Part shown: one piece after another, positions 1 to 7,696 of the stretch
How the letters are laid out: each line of letters opens with the position of its first letter
How positions within the stretch are numbered: the first letter of the stretch is position 1
Assembly (NCBI GenBank): GCA_036653075.1
Contig: JAVVUQ010000010.1
Location: forward strand, 11,167-32,052
DNA: 20,886 nucleotides
From: Clostridia bacterium
Lineage (GTDB): Bacteria > Bacillota > Clostridia > Christensenellales > CAG-314
Direction: 5' to 3'
Program-made: the position numbers and the translations under genes
Notes under the pieces: model-generated
What the model was told of the DNA's origin: nothing
The model's input: the letters and a program-made list of their open reading frames with translations, nothing else
The model's database searches: none

Positions 1-13
1 TTTTTATATTTTT

Positions 14-1891
14 CTATATTTTGTTTTCTTTATTTTTTATTGTTAAACAGCGCATTGCGTTTAATATGGCGAGTACTGATACTCCAACGTCGGCAAAAAC
101 TGCAAGCCACATATTAGCGTAACCAAAAGCGCTTAAAATAAGTACTATTATTTTTATTGCCAAGGCAAAAATTATATTTTGTTTAACAATGGACAATGTT
201 TTTTTTGAAATAACCTTCGCTGTTAAAATCGCTGATAGATCGTCATACATTAACACCATATCTGAAGCTTCAATTGCGCTATCGCTTCCCACGCCACCCA
301 TAGATATTCCGATATCTGCGCGCATAAGCACTGGAGCGTCGTTTATACCATCGCCGACAAAAGCGACAACATCTTTTTGCTTTTTGTTTTTTATTATGTT
401 CTCAAGATATTCAACTTTGTCAGCAGGTAATAATTCAGCTTTTACATTGTCAATTCCTATACTGTTTGCAATATTTTCTGCCGATAATTTATTATCGCCC
501 GTCATCATCACAATTTTTGCTCCACTTTCTTTTAGCTTTTTTATTACATTAGCCGCTTCACTTTTTATTTTATCCGCAACAAAAATACATCCTAAATATT
601 TGCCATTTTCTGCTACATAAATAACGCTACCTGCGCATTTACATTCTTCAAATAATATATTAAATTCTTTCATTAATTTTTTATTTCCGCAAAGAATCAT
701 ATTCTCGTTATTCTCCGCTTTTATGCCCTTTCCTGCTATTTCTGTTATTTTGTATCCTACCGTAATATTTTGTAAACTCTCGCCAAATACATTTTTTGCA
801 GCGTTTACAATTGTCAATGCGATAGGATGAAGCGAACCATTCTCCGCTATATAAGCCTTTTTTAAAATATTATCTTTATCCTCTTTTGGAAAAATTGATT
901 GAACTTCAAAATCTCCCTTAGTTAGTGTTCCTGTTTTATCAAAAACAAAAATATTAACTTTTCCGATTAATTCTAAATAATTACCGCCTTTTATCAAAAT
1001 TCCTTGTTTAGACGCTCCGCCTATACCGCCAAAAAAACTCAATGGAACACTTATAACCAAAGCGCACGGACAACTTACTACCAAAAATGTTAGCGCTCGC
1101 ATAATCCATATATTCCACTGATTTGTTATTAAAGATGGCACAATAGCAAGCAAAATCGCCAAAATAACTACAATAGGAGTATAATATCGAGAAAATTTTG
1201 TTATGAATTTCTCTGCTTGCGCTTTTTTACCTGATGCGCTTTCCACTAACTCCAAAATTTTGCTTACCGTAGAATCGAAATATTCTTTTTTTGCTTCGAT
1301 TGTCAATACGCCGCCAACGTTAATGCTGCCACTCAAGACATTATCTCCAATAGAAACATCCAATGGCAATGATTCACCCGTTAACTTTGAAACATCTAAA
1401 CTACCTACTCCACTCACAACAACGCCGTCCGTTGCAATCTTCTCACCTCTACGAACAATAATGTTTTCTCCTATTTTTACGTCGCTTGGATCAACAACAA
1501 TTTCATTACCATTCCTTATTACCAAAGCTCGCTCGGGCTTTATATCCATTAACTCAGAAATCTGCTTTCGTGACTTATTGACAGCATAATTTTGAAAATA
1601 TTCCCCAACTTGATAAAACAACATAACAGCAACCGCTTCGGTATATTGCCCCGCAATAAACGCTCCGATAGACGCAATACACATCAAAAAATTTTCATCA
1701 AATATTTGACCGTGAAAAATATTTCGTCCAGCTTTATATAATATATCGTATCCAATATATAAATAAACAACGCCAAGCATAATCGCTTCCACCCACCAGT
1801 TAACTGAAATAAACCTAACTAATATTAATACCACAACCAATCCGATTGCAGCAATTATAAGCCTTATTAACCGTTTACGATTATTTTTCAT
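14..1891 (-). CDS. Heavy-metal translocating P1B-type ATPase (Cd/Zn/Pb-like) lacking an N-terminal HMA domain
   Basis: 625-aa ORF. It has the DKTGTLT phosphorylation motif and the GDGINDAP hinge motif. The transmembrane metal site SCPCALVISVP resembles the CPCALVIS of Zn/Cd pumps more than the CPCALGLA of CopA. The protein starts directly in a TM helix, so no fused metal-binding domain is present. RBS GAGGG lies 7 nt upstream of the ATG. Confidence 0.9.
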   Translation of the reverse strand: MKNNRKRLIRLIIAAIGLVVVLILVRFISVNWWVEAIMLGVVYLYIGYDILYKAGRNIFHGQIFDENFLMCIASIGAFIAGQYTEAVAVMLFYQVGEYFQNYAVNKSRKQISELMDIKPERALVIRNGNEIVVDPSDVKIGENIIVRRGEKIATDGVVVSGVGSLDVSKLTGESLPLDVSIGDNVLSGSINVGGVLTIEAKKEYFDSTVSKILELVESASGKKAQAEKFITKFSRYYTPIVVILAILLAIVPSLITNQWNIWIMRALTFLVVSCPCALVISVPLSFFGGIGGASKQGILIKGGNYLELIGKVNIFVFDKTGTLTKGDFEVQSIFPKEDKDNILKKAYIAENGSLHPIALTIVNAAKNVFGESLQNITVGYKITEIAGKGIKAENNENMILCGNKKLMKEFNILFEECKCAGSVIYVAENGKYLGCIFVADKIKSEAANVIKKLKESGAKIVMMTGDNKLSAENIANSIGIDNVKAELLPADKVEYLENIIKNKKQKDVVAFVGDGINDAPVLMRADIGISMGGVGSDSAIEASDMVLMYDDLSAILTAKVISKKTLSIVKQNIIFALAIKIIVLILSAFGYANMWLAVFADVGVSVLAILNAMRCLTIKNKENKI

Positions 1892-2004
1892 TGCGTAACC
1901 CTCACTTTAATTTCATATAATATCACACACTGTCAATATAAATTTTGAATTATCCTATTTGCATTTATGCGCATATATAGATAAGTAAGTTTAATTAACT
2001 AAAA

Positions 2005-2120
2005 TTTAAATCTTTAATATCCATAACTAATAATTAAATCTTTAATATCTATAACTAATAATTAAATCTTTAATATACATAACTAAAAATTAAATCTTTA
2101 ATATACATAACAAATAATTA
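2005..2120. repeat. Tandem array, ~4 copies of a 28-bp AT-rich unit (ttaaatctttaatatccataactaataa)
   Basis: Direct reading. The string ttaaatc recurs at 2006, 2034, 2062 and 2090, a period of 28. The array lies in the spacer between the HMA gene and the ATPase start. Confidence 0.85.
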
Positions 2121-2213
2121 CTTTTATAGATTTTAACATATTATCAATAATATATGCAATTTTTCACAGTTTTTTTACATATTAATTATATTTAATGTTT
2201 ACTCAATCTATAA

Positions 2214-2432
2214 CTATCCTTTTATAGCGCAATCTGGCAACACTATCGCAGTAATTGCTTTTATATCTTCTATCGCTTTCTCGTATTTTGCATCTACTAC
2301 ATCAATATTAATTCGCTGCGCCATAAAATTTACGGACACTTCATTCATACCATCAATTTTATTTAACGCGCGCTCTAAACGTGAAGCGCAATTAGCGCAA
2401 TCTAAATTCTCAACTCTAATACTTTTTTTCAT
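2214..2432 (-). CDS. Small heavy-metal-associated (HMA) domain metallochaperone, CopZ-like
   Basis: 72 aa. A CxxC metal-binding motif (LDCANCASRLE) sits near the N-terminus and the ferredoxin-like HMA length is right. The gene lies between the metalloregulator and the P-type ATPase. Confidence 0.8.
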   Translation of the reverse strand: MKKSIRVENLDCANCASRLERALNKIDGMNEVSVNFMAQRINIDVVDAKYEKAIEDIKAITAIVLPDCAIKG

Positions 2433-2539
2433 TATTTAAACCTCATTATTATTTAATAAATATAGTAATTTTTATAACATTCTTTGAACCAATAAAATAT
2501 TAATAGTAAATTCTATCTTTACTTTTATGATTTATTATT

Positions 2540-2902
2540 TTACTCTCGAATATGCTCAAACGCTGTATTTAAAATCTCCTCTACGTGCTCATCTGCTAAC
2601 ATATAATAAACTTCCTTACCTTCCCGTCTGCACTTAACCAACTTTGTTTGACGTAATACTCTCAATTGATGCGAAACAGCCGACTTTGTCATTTTGAGCA
2701 ACTCCGCTATATCACATACGCACATTTCCGAGATTACTAAACCTGACAATATTCTCGTTCTTGTACTATCTCCAAAAACTTTAAACAACTCAGCAGCATC
2801 ATACAAAACATCTTCATTAGGCATTAATTTATTCACACGCTCTACAACGCTTTTATGCACTATATCACATTCGCAAATCTCACTTTCTTTATCTATCACC
2901 AT
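2540..2902 (-). CDS. ArsR/SmtB-family metal-sensing repressor (CadC/CzrA-like)
   Basis: Winged-HTH ArsR fold (SAVSHQLRVLRQTKLV). The CVCD alpha3 metal-site motif (EMCVCDIAELL) and an N-terminal Cys pair (ICECD) match CadC-type alpha3N sensors. I moved the start to the internal Met (MVIDKESE...) because GGAGG lies 5 nt upstream of it, which gives a ~120-aa protein of typical ArsR size. The upstream ATG at 2950 has no RBS. Confidence 0.85.
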   Translation of the reverse strand: MVIDKESEICECDIVHKSVVERVNKLMPNEDVLYDAAELFKVFGDSTRTRILSGLVISEMCVCDIAELLKMTKSAVSHQLRVLRQTKLVKCRREGKEVYYMLADEHVEEILNTAFEHIRE

Positions 2903-2930
2903 ATACACCTCCGTTTTAAACAACCTTGAA

Positions 2931-2954
2931 ACAGTTGCTTGATTGTTCAACTGT
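2931..2954. promoter_or_regulatory. Inverted repeat acagttg-N10-caactgt containing a TGAACAA half-site; candidate ArsR/CadC operator
   Basis: Perfect 7-bp arms seen in the sequence. The repeat lies between the predicted -10 and the RBS of the regulator gene. The TGAAC half-site resembles CzrA/SmtB-type operators. Confidence 0.45.
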
Positions 2955-2984
2955 ATTATATATCATTTTTAAAATACTTGTCAA
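2955..2984 (-). promoter_or_regulatory. Sigma-70-like promoter of the metalloregulator operon (TTGACA-N18-TATAAT on the minus strand)
   Basis: The minus strand reads cTTGACAagtattttaaaaatgaTATATAATacag. Both hexamers are consensus and the spacer is 18 nt. Confidence 0.6.
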
Positions 2985-3030
2985 GCGTTTTATTTGTAAT
3001 TTTTAATATTGGTTAAATTATTAATCGTAT

Positions 3031-3100
3031 TATTTATAATACTTAAAGTTTTATCCTTTTATTTATAATACTTAAAGTTTTATCTTAATATTTATAATAT
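3031..3100. repeat. Tandem array, ~2.5 copies of a 30-bp unit (tatttataatacttaaagttttatcctttt)
   Basis: Direct reading. Copies start at 3031 and 3061, with a partial third copy. Confidence 0.8.
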
Positions 3101-3124
3101 ATTGGATTTTAAATTGATAATCAT

Positions 3125-3300
3125 AGTAGATTTATTTAATTTTAATTTATGCAACAAGCGGAAGATGTGAGCGTTAAGTTAAGGCTTATACTTACGTAGA
3201 TATTTTAAGCGATAGAAATTATGGAACAATTACAGTATGAATAGTTGTACACTCTGTCGACAAGCGAGCGATAGCCGTAGGCTGAGCGAGCGGAGCGAGT
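3125..3300. other. GC-rich island inside a 750-bp AT-rich spacer; candidate small RNA or gene relic
   Basis: The stretch gcaacaagcggaagatgtgagcg ... gtcgacaagcgagcgatagccgtaggctgagcgagcggagcgag is far more GC-rich than everything around it. It has no ORF longer than 16 codons, no tRNA T-loop, and no match I can recognise to RNase P, SRP, tmRNA or 6S RNA. Confidence 0.2.
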
Positions 3301-3355
3301 AAAATAATTGCAAAAATAATATTTTGTTTATAACTATTTAGTAAATTTCTCTAAA

Positions 3356-3522
3356 CCATTATTATAATAAAATACTACTAAATGCCATTATTATAATAAA
3401 TATTAATCAAAACCATTATTATAGTAAATATTAATCAAAAACTTTGTTATAATAAATATTAATCAAAAACTTTGCTATAATAAAATACTAATAAAGCCAT
3501 TGTTATAGTAAAATGGTAAAAG
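3356..3522. repeat. Tandem array, ~6 copies of a ~28-bp unit (ccattattataataaatattaatcaaaa)
   Basis: Direct reading. Unit starts are near 3356, 3385, 3413, 3442, 3470 and 3497, and the units diverge progressively. Confidence 0.85.
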
Positions 3523-3651
3523 TAATGGCAAAAATAGACTATTATACAGTTGTAAATTTAATATTATTTTACTTATTTTATACTAACACATTTCTTATGC
3601 TGTTTACTTTTGCGCATTATCATATGTAAGTTTTTACGAGATTTAAAACCA

Positions 3652-3680
3652 TTGACAATTGCGTATTATTAACGTATGAT
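3652..3680 (+). promoter_or_regulatory. Sigma-70-like promoter of the yeiH-family gene (TTGACA-N17-TATGAT)
   Basis: TTGACA at 3652-3657, TATGAT at 3675-3680, 17-nt spacer. It sits about 90 nt upstream of the RBS-supported start. Confidence 0.6.
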
Positions 3681-3769
3681 TTAAATAAGTAAATAGATTA
3701 TGTGTGATTTATTTGTGTGTTTATCGTAACAGAAACGCAAAATCGCTTTTTTGTTGTAAAAGGAGTCAA

Positions 3770-4942
3770 ATGATACTAACTTGGATTAAAAAAAATAGTT
3801 TAGGTATTTTGCTTTCTGCTATTTTGGCATTGATTGGCATTTTTTTATCTAATCTAATTCCTCACGGTCTTATTAGTGGCGGAGTGTTTGCATTATTAAT
3901 TGGTATGGCGCTTAATCCGTTGTTTACTAAAAAAAAGGATTATTTTATTAACGGTTTCAACTTTACAAGTAAAATCGTCTTAAAAGCGGCTATCGTAAGT
4001 ATGGGCGTAACTTTAAGCTTTAGTCAAGTTTTAGAGGTTGGTAAATTTTCAATTATCGTTATGAGTTTTACTCTTATCGCTGCATTTGGATTTGGTTATT
4101 TATTTGGAAAACTTTTTAAAATGAATTGGAAACTTTCTTCCCTTATTAGCGCTGGCACGGGCATTTGTGGCGGCAGCGCTATTGCGGCTATTAGTCCTGT
4201 TATTGATGCAAAAGACAGTGATGTTGCTTATGCAATTTCCGCTACATTTATTTTTGATATCATAATGGTTATTGTTTTTCCTATCGTTGCGCGCGCTCTT
4301 AATATGAGCGATATGGGCTACGGCTTATGGGCTGGAACTGCGGTAAATGACACGAGTAGCGTAGTTGCCGCTGGTTACGCTTTCTCGGACGCAGCTGGCA
4401 ATTTTGCTGTAATTGTAAAGTTAACTCGCACTCTTTCTATTATACCTATTGTAATCATTTTTTCTGCAATAAACTCTCGTATCAATCGAAAAGAAGCGCT
4501 AAAAGTCAATTTTTTAGCTACATTAGAAAACGAAAGTACTATTATTAAAGAAAAAAACACTAACGCTATTAAAAATGTAAGTACTACCGCTATTAAAAAT
4601 GAAAGTACTGTCGCTATTAAAAATGAAAGCGCTACCGCAACAAAAAACAAAATTGGAAATACTCAAAAAATAAATTGGAAAAAGATTTTTCCTTGGTTTA
4701 TCCTTTTATTTTTGTTAGTTGTCGGCATAAAAAGTATGGGCGTTCTGCCTGAGTCCTTTTGCAAAGTGGTAAGTTCTTCATCGAAATTTTTAATGTTTAT
4801 GGCGCTTGGCGCAATCGGATTAAAAACAAACTTTAAAAGTGTTGCAAAATCAGGTTTTAAACCTATGTTACACGGATTTATAATTTCTACTCTTGTGGTA
4901 TTTGTTGCCTTTGGAGTGCAAGCAATGCTTGGACAACTATAA
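3770..4942 (+). CDS. YeiH/UPF0324-family inner-membrane protein (putative sulfate-exporter family), with an inserted repeat-containing loop
   Basis: Polytopic membrane protein with glycine-rich TM segments (GTGICGGSAIAAISPVI, WAGTAVNDTSSV) typical of PF03601. I chose the start at 3770 because AGGAG lies 5 nt upstream; the track ORF start at 3704 has no RBS. Confidence 0.7.
   Translation: MILTWIKKNSLGILLSAILALIGIFLSNLIPHGLISGGVFALLIGMALNPLFTKKKDYFINGFNFTSKIVLKAAIVSMGVTLSFSQVLEVGKFSIIVMSFTLIAAFGFGYLFGKLFKMNWKLSSLISAGTGICGGSAIAAISPVIDAKDSDVAYAISATFIFDIIMVIVFPIVARALNMSDMGYGLWAGTAVNDTSSVVAAGYAFSDAAGNFAVIVKLTRTLSIIPIVIIFSAINSRINRKEALKVNFLATLENESTIIKEKNTNAIKNVSTTAIKNESTVAIKNESATATKNKIGNTQKINWKKIFPWFILLFLLVVGIKSMGVLPESFCKVVSSSSKFLMFMALGAIGLKTNFKSVAKSGFKPMLHGFIISTLVVFVAFGVQAMLGQL
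4526..4640 (+). repeat. In-frame coding tandem repeat, 24-bp (8-aa) unit, ~3 perfect copies plus ~1.5 degenerate copies, inside the YeiH-family gene
   Basis: gctattaaaaatgtaagtactacc / gctattaaaaatgaaagtactgtc / gctattaaaaatgaaagcgctacc at 4565, 4589 and 4613. The encoded peptides are AIKNVSTT, AIKNESTV and AIKNESAT. Confidence 0.85.
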
Positions 4943-4981
4943 TATTATAAAATAGCTTAATTTATTTTTAAACGCAAAAAA

Positions 4982-5016
4982 AGGGAAATCTTAAGTCAAG
5001 ATTCCCTTTTTTAAAC
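4982..5016. terminator. Bidirectional rho-independent terminator shared by the yeiH-family gene (+) and the flotillin gene (-)
   Basis: aaaaaagggaaatcttaagtcaagattcccttttttt: a 10-bp GC-containing stem flanked by an A-run and a T-run, so it has a U-tract on either strand. It sits between convergent genes. Confidence 0.75.
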
Positions 5017-5105
5017 TTTCCTATTTTAAAAATTAAATTTGTTTCTATTATCTAAAATATAATTATTAATAATTTATTATTAACATATGGTTTTTTTGCT
5101 ATTAA

Positions 5106-6533
5106 TTAATTCGGTTTTGTAGTTTTTACTGATTCTATATCAGTTGATTTAGCGTCTGCTTTTTTGCCAAGATAGTCGGGCAATTTCATACCGGCAAGGT
5201 CGAACATTTCGTTTAGAGGTGGAACAGCTTTAAATAGCGAACTCATAAAACCACTTGTAGTGCTACTTCCGCCTTCGCCGTTCATTGAATCCCAAACGGT
5301 AATTTTATCAATCTTAATATTTTTAATCGCTTCGACTTGTGTTTTAACAAGTTCTTCAATTTTATCGGAAATCATCAATTTAACCGCATCGTTAGCGTCG
5401 CCGCCAGCTGCTTCCACGATATTTTTAAATCCTTGCGCTTGTTTAGTTAACATAGCTTCAATTCCCCGAGCTTCTGCTTCCATTTTTGAATAGATAGCGT
5501 CCGCTTCGCCTCGGGCGGTACGGCGTGTTTGTTCCGCTTTAGCTTCCGCTTGTATTTCTAATTCACGCTTTTGAATTTCTGCTTTTATGATTGTATCTGC
5601 TTCTAACGTCGCTTTTTCACGAGTAGCGCGCGCTAATTCTGCGTTCATTTCTGCTTCATACGCTTCTTCTAACGCTTTAGCTGTTGCAATTTTTTCTGCC
5701 GATGTGGCTCTACGTAATGATTCTGCTTCAACTTCACGTCTTTCTGCGTTACTTGTAGACATCTTAGCTAACGCTTCGTTTTCGCCTGCGATAGCCAATC
5801 TATTTGAATCGGCAACTTGAATACGTTGCTGCATAAGCGCATTTGCTTCTCCAATACTACCATCACGATTTTTTTCAGCGACAGATTTTTTAGCATCATT
5901 TAACGCTTTTGCCGCCGCTTCTCGTCCTAACGCTTCAATATAACCCGACGCATCATTTATATCGGTTATATTAACGTTTATTAATCTCAATCCTATTTTT
6001 TTAAGTTCCGTTTCAACGTTAGAAGATACAGCGTCTAAAAACTTATCTCTGTCTGTGTTTATTTCTTCAATTTCCATTGTAGCTATTATCAAACGTAACT
6101 GTCCAAAAATAATATCTTTCGCTAATTCTTGAACTTCGTTGAGTCTAAGCCCTAATAACCTCTCAGCTGCGTTTTGCATAACCCCTTGCTCAGTAGATAT
6201 TCCAACTGTAAAGGTACTTGGTACGTCTATACGTATATTTTGCCTTGACAATGCACTCTTTAAATCTACGCTTATTGACATTGGTGTCAAATCCATATAT
6301 TGATACGCTTGAAAAAAGGGAATTACAAATGATGCTCCGCCGTGCACACACTTAGCAGAACGCATTGTTCCATCTGCATTATTTCCAATTCTTCCGTAAA
6401 TTACCATAATTTTATCCGATGGACATTTACGATAACGTGAAGCAAATAAAATTAAAAATGCAAGCACTACCACCACTATGCCTACTATTAAACCTATTAC
6501 GCCTTCTGTTAACAATAACATATTCGATAACAT
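5106..6533 (-). CDS. Flotillin-family SPFH/band-7 protein (FloT/YuaG-like)
   Basis: 475 aa. N-terminal TM anchor, an SPFH domain, then a long E/A/K/R-rich coiled-coil region (EAESLRRATSAEKIATAKALEEAYEAEMNAELARATREKATLEADTIIKAEIQKRELEIQAEAKAEQTRR) characteristic of bacterial flotillins. Strong RBS AGGAGG. Confidence 0.9.
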   Translation of the reverse strand: MLSNMLLLTEGVIGLIVGIVVVVLAFLILFASRYRKCPSDKIMVIYGRIGNNADGTMRSAKCVHGGASFVIPFFQAYQYMDLTPMSISVDLKSALSRQNIRIDVPSTFTVGISTEQGVMQNAAERLLGLRLNEVQELAKDIIFGQLRLIIATMEIEEINTDRDKFLDAVSSNVETELKKIGLRLINVNITDINDASGYIEALGREAAAKALNDAKKSVAEKNRDGSIGEANALMQQRIQVADSNRLAIAGENEALAKMSTSNAERREVEAESLRRATSAEKIATAKALEEAYEAEMNAELARATREKATLEADTIIKAEIQKRELEIQAEAKAEQTRRTARGEADAIYSKMEAEARGIEAMLTKQAQGFKNIVEAAGGDANDAVKLMISDKIEELVKTQVEAIKNIKIDKITVWDSMNGEGGSSTTSGFMSSLFKAVPPLNEMFDLAGMKLPDYLGKKADAKSTDIESVKTTKPN

Positions 6534-6637
6534 AATATCTTCCTCCTATTAATTAACTTTATTGTTTGTCTATTTTAATTTTCAAAAACTTAATTTATTC
6601 TTTCTTATTGATTATTTCAATATTGTAAATTTAAGCT

Positions 6638-7249
6638 TTATTTATCCTCTTGATGCTTTTCACTACTATATCTTTTAACTAAAACAGTTCCGTCACTTAT
6701 TACATCACAAACTTCAACAGTTGAATTTGTGGGTAATTTTTCATTTTCATCTGTTATTGCATTAAATTCTAAAAATCGTTCTTGAATTGTGATATTAATT
6801 TTGCCTGTTCCTGCTCTGTTTGCTGGAATCGATAAATAAACATTTGCTGATTTACCAATCGCATTTTTGACATCAATATTACCCGATTGCTGCATTTTCA
6901 TTAAAAAACGCAAAGCGAGAGCGTACAAAATCATTGTAGCAGCCATTGCAATTATCGCCAAAATAACGGACAGCCATACAAATGTCACTCCCAATAAAAC
7001 ATAGCCTAACCAACCGCCAATACACAGTCCCGCTATAATTCCACGTATTGAAAAAATAGGCAAACTTCCAATATCCCATAAATTATCTCCGCCGCCTAAT
7101 TCAATCCCAACATCAATGTCCGTTGAATCACCGCCGTCAAAACCTATCAATAGCAAAATAGTTTGTATAATAGTTATTACCGTTGTTCCACTTGCGATAC
7201 AAAAAAATATTTGTTGCAATATAGTCAACGCTTGCCACCATTGTTCCAT
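6638..7249 (-). CDS. NfeD-like (YuaF-type) membrane protein, partner of flotillin
   Basis: About 200 aa with N-terminal TM helices and a C-terminal beta domain. It lies immediately upstream of the flotillin gene on the same strand, the conserved nfeD-flotillin arrangement. I moved the start to the Met of MEQWW (AGGAGG 6 nt upstream); the longer track ORF has no RBS. Confidence 0.7.
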   Translation of the reverse strand: MEQWWQALTILQQIFFCIASGTTVITIIQTILLLIGFDGGDSTDIDVGIELGGGDNLWDIGSLPIFSIRGIIAGLCIGGWLGYVLLGVTFVWLSVILAIIAMAATMILYALALRFLMKMQQSGNIDVKNAIGKSANVYLSIPANRAGTGKINITIQERFLEFNAITDENEKLPTNSTVEVCDVISDGTVLVKRYSSEKHQEDK

Positions 7250-7589
7250 ATATAACCTCCTATTGCAAATTTGAAATTGAAACATATTATTTATTACATT
7301 ATTTCAACCTTCTATCTTATGCTTTTATCTATTTATAATAAATATAATATAATAATAAATATAATAATTTATCTTTAAAACTTGTTATAATCTTATATTA
7401 ATTGTCTTTAAAATTAATACTTTTTGTCTTATAATTTTATATTTATTGCCTTTGAATCATACAAAAAACTTATCATTGTAATATGATACCACTATTTTAC
7501 TATATTGTCAAATGTTTCATTCATTACTACTTATCTAATTTGTTATGACAATTGCATTTATGTTAATCTTAATTTATTTTGATATATAA

Positions 7590-7617
7590 AAATGGCGGAT
7601 TGAAATATCCGCCATTT
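7590..7617. terminator. Rho-independent terminator of the glycyl-tRNA synthetase gene (perfect hairpin aaatggcggat-tgaaat-atccgccattt)
   Basis: An 11-bp perfect stem with a 6-nt loop. On the minus strand a ttttatatat tract follows it. It lies ~80 nt beyond the glyQS stop. Confidence 0.8.
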
Positions 7618-7696
7618 AATTTTACCAATAAACTAATATTAGGTTCAAAACTGATTTTATGTTAAATTATTAAATGTTTATTATAACAGCATAAAG

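Noticed and set aside
189-1589. Plus-strand ORFs 189-620 and 1203-1589 inside the P-type ATPase gene
   Set aside because: These are antisense, low-complexity translations fully embedded in a confidently identified minus-strand gene, with no RBS.
2694-2942. ORF antisense to the ArsR regulator
   Set aside because: It is embedded opposite a real gene, has no motif, and is a spurious antisense ORF.
2903-2950. Longer N-terminus of the ArsR regulator (start at 2950)
   Set aside because: GGAGG precedes the internal Met, and the resulting 120-aa protein has the standard ArsR length. The extension would overlap the operator and -10 element.
3125-3300. tRNA or another standard RNA gene in the GC-rich island
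   Set aside because: There is no GGTTCGAATCC-type T-loop, no cloverleaf, and no RNase P, SRP or tmRNA signature, so I left it as an unclassified candidate.
3704-3769. Longer N-terminus of the yeiH-family ORF (start at 3704)
   Set aside because: It has no SD. An AGGAG-supported ATG lies at 3770, and the extension (MIYLCVYRNRNAKSLFCCKRSQ) is not membrane-protein-like.
4375-4650. Minus-strand 91-aa ORF inside the yeiH-family gene
   Set aside because: It is the antisense reading of the coding repeat region and a spurious ORF.
5260-5820. Two 77-aa plus-strand ORFs inside the flotillin gene
   Set aside because: They are antisense to the Ala/Glu-rich coiled-coil coding region, which gives Ser/Ala-rich junk translations.
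6879-7079. 66-aa minus-strand ORF overlapping nfeD in another frame
   Set aside because: An out-of-frame overlap with a better-supported gene, and no RBS.
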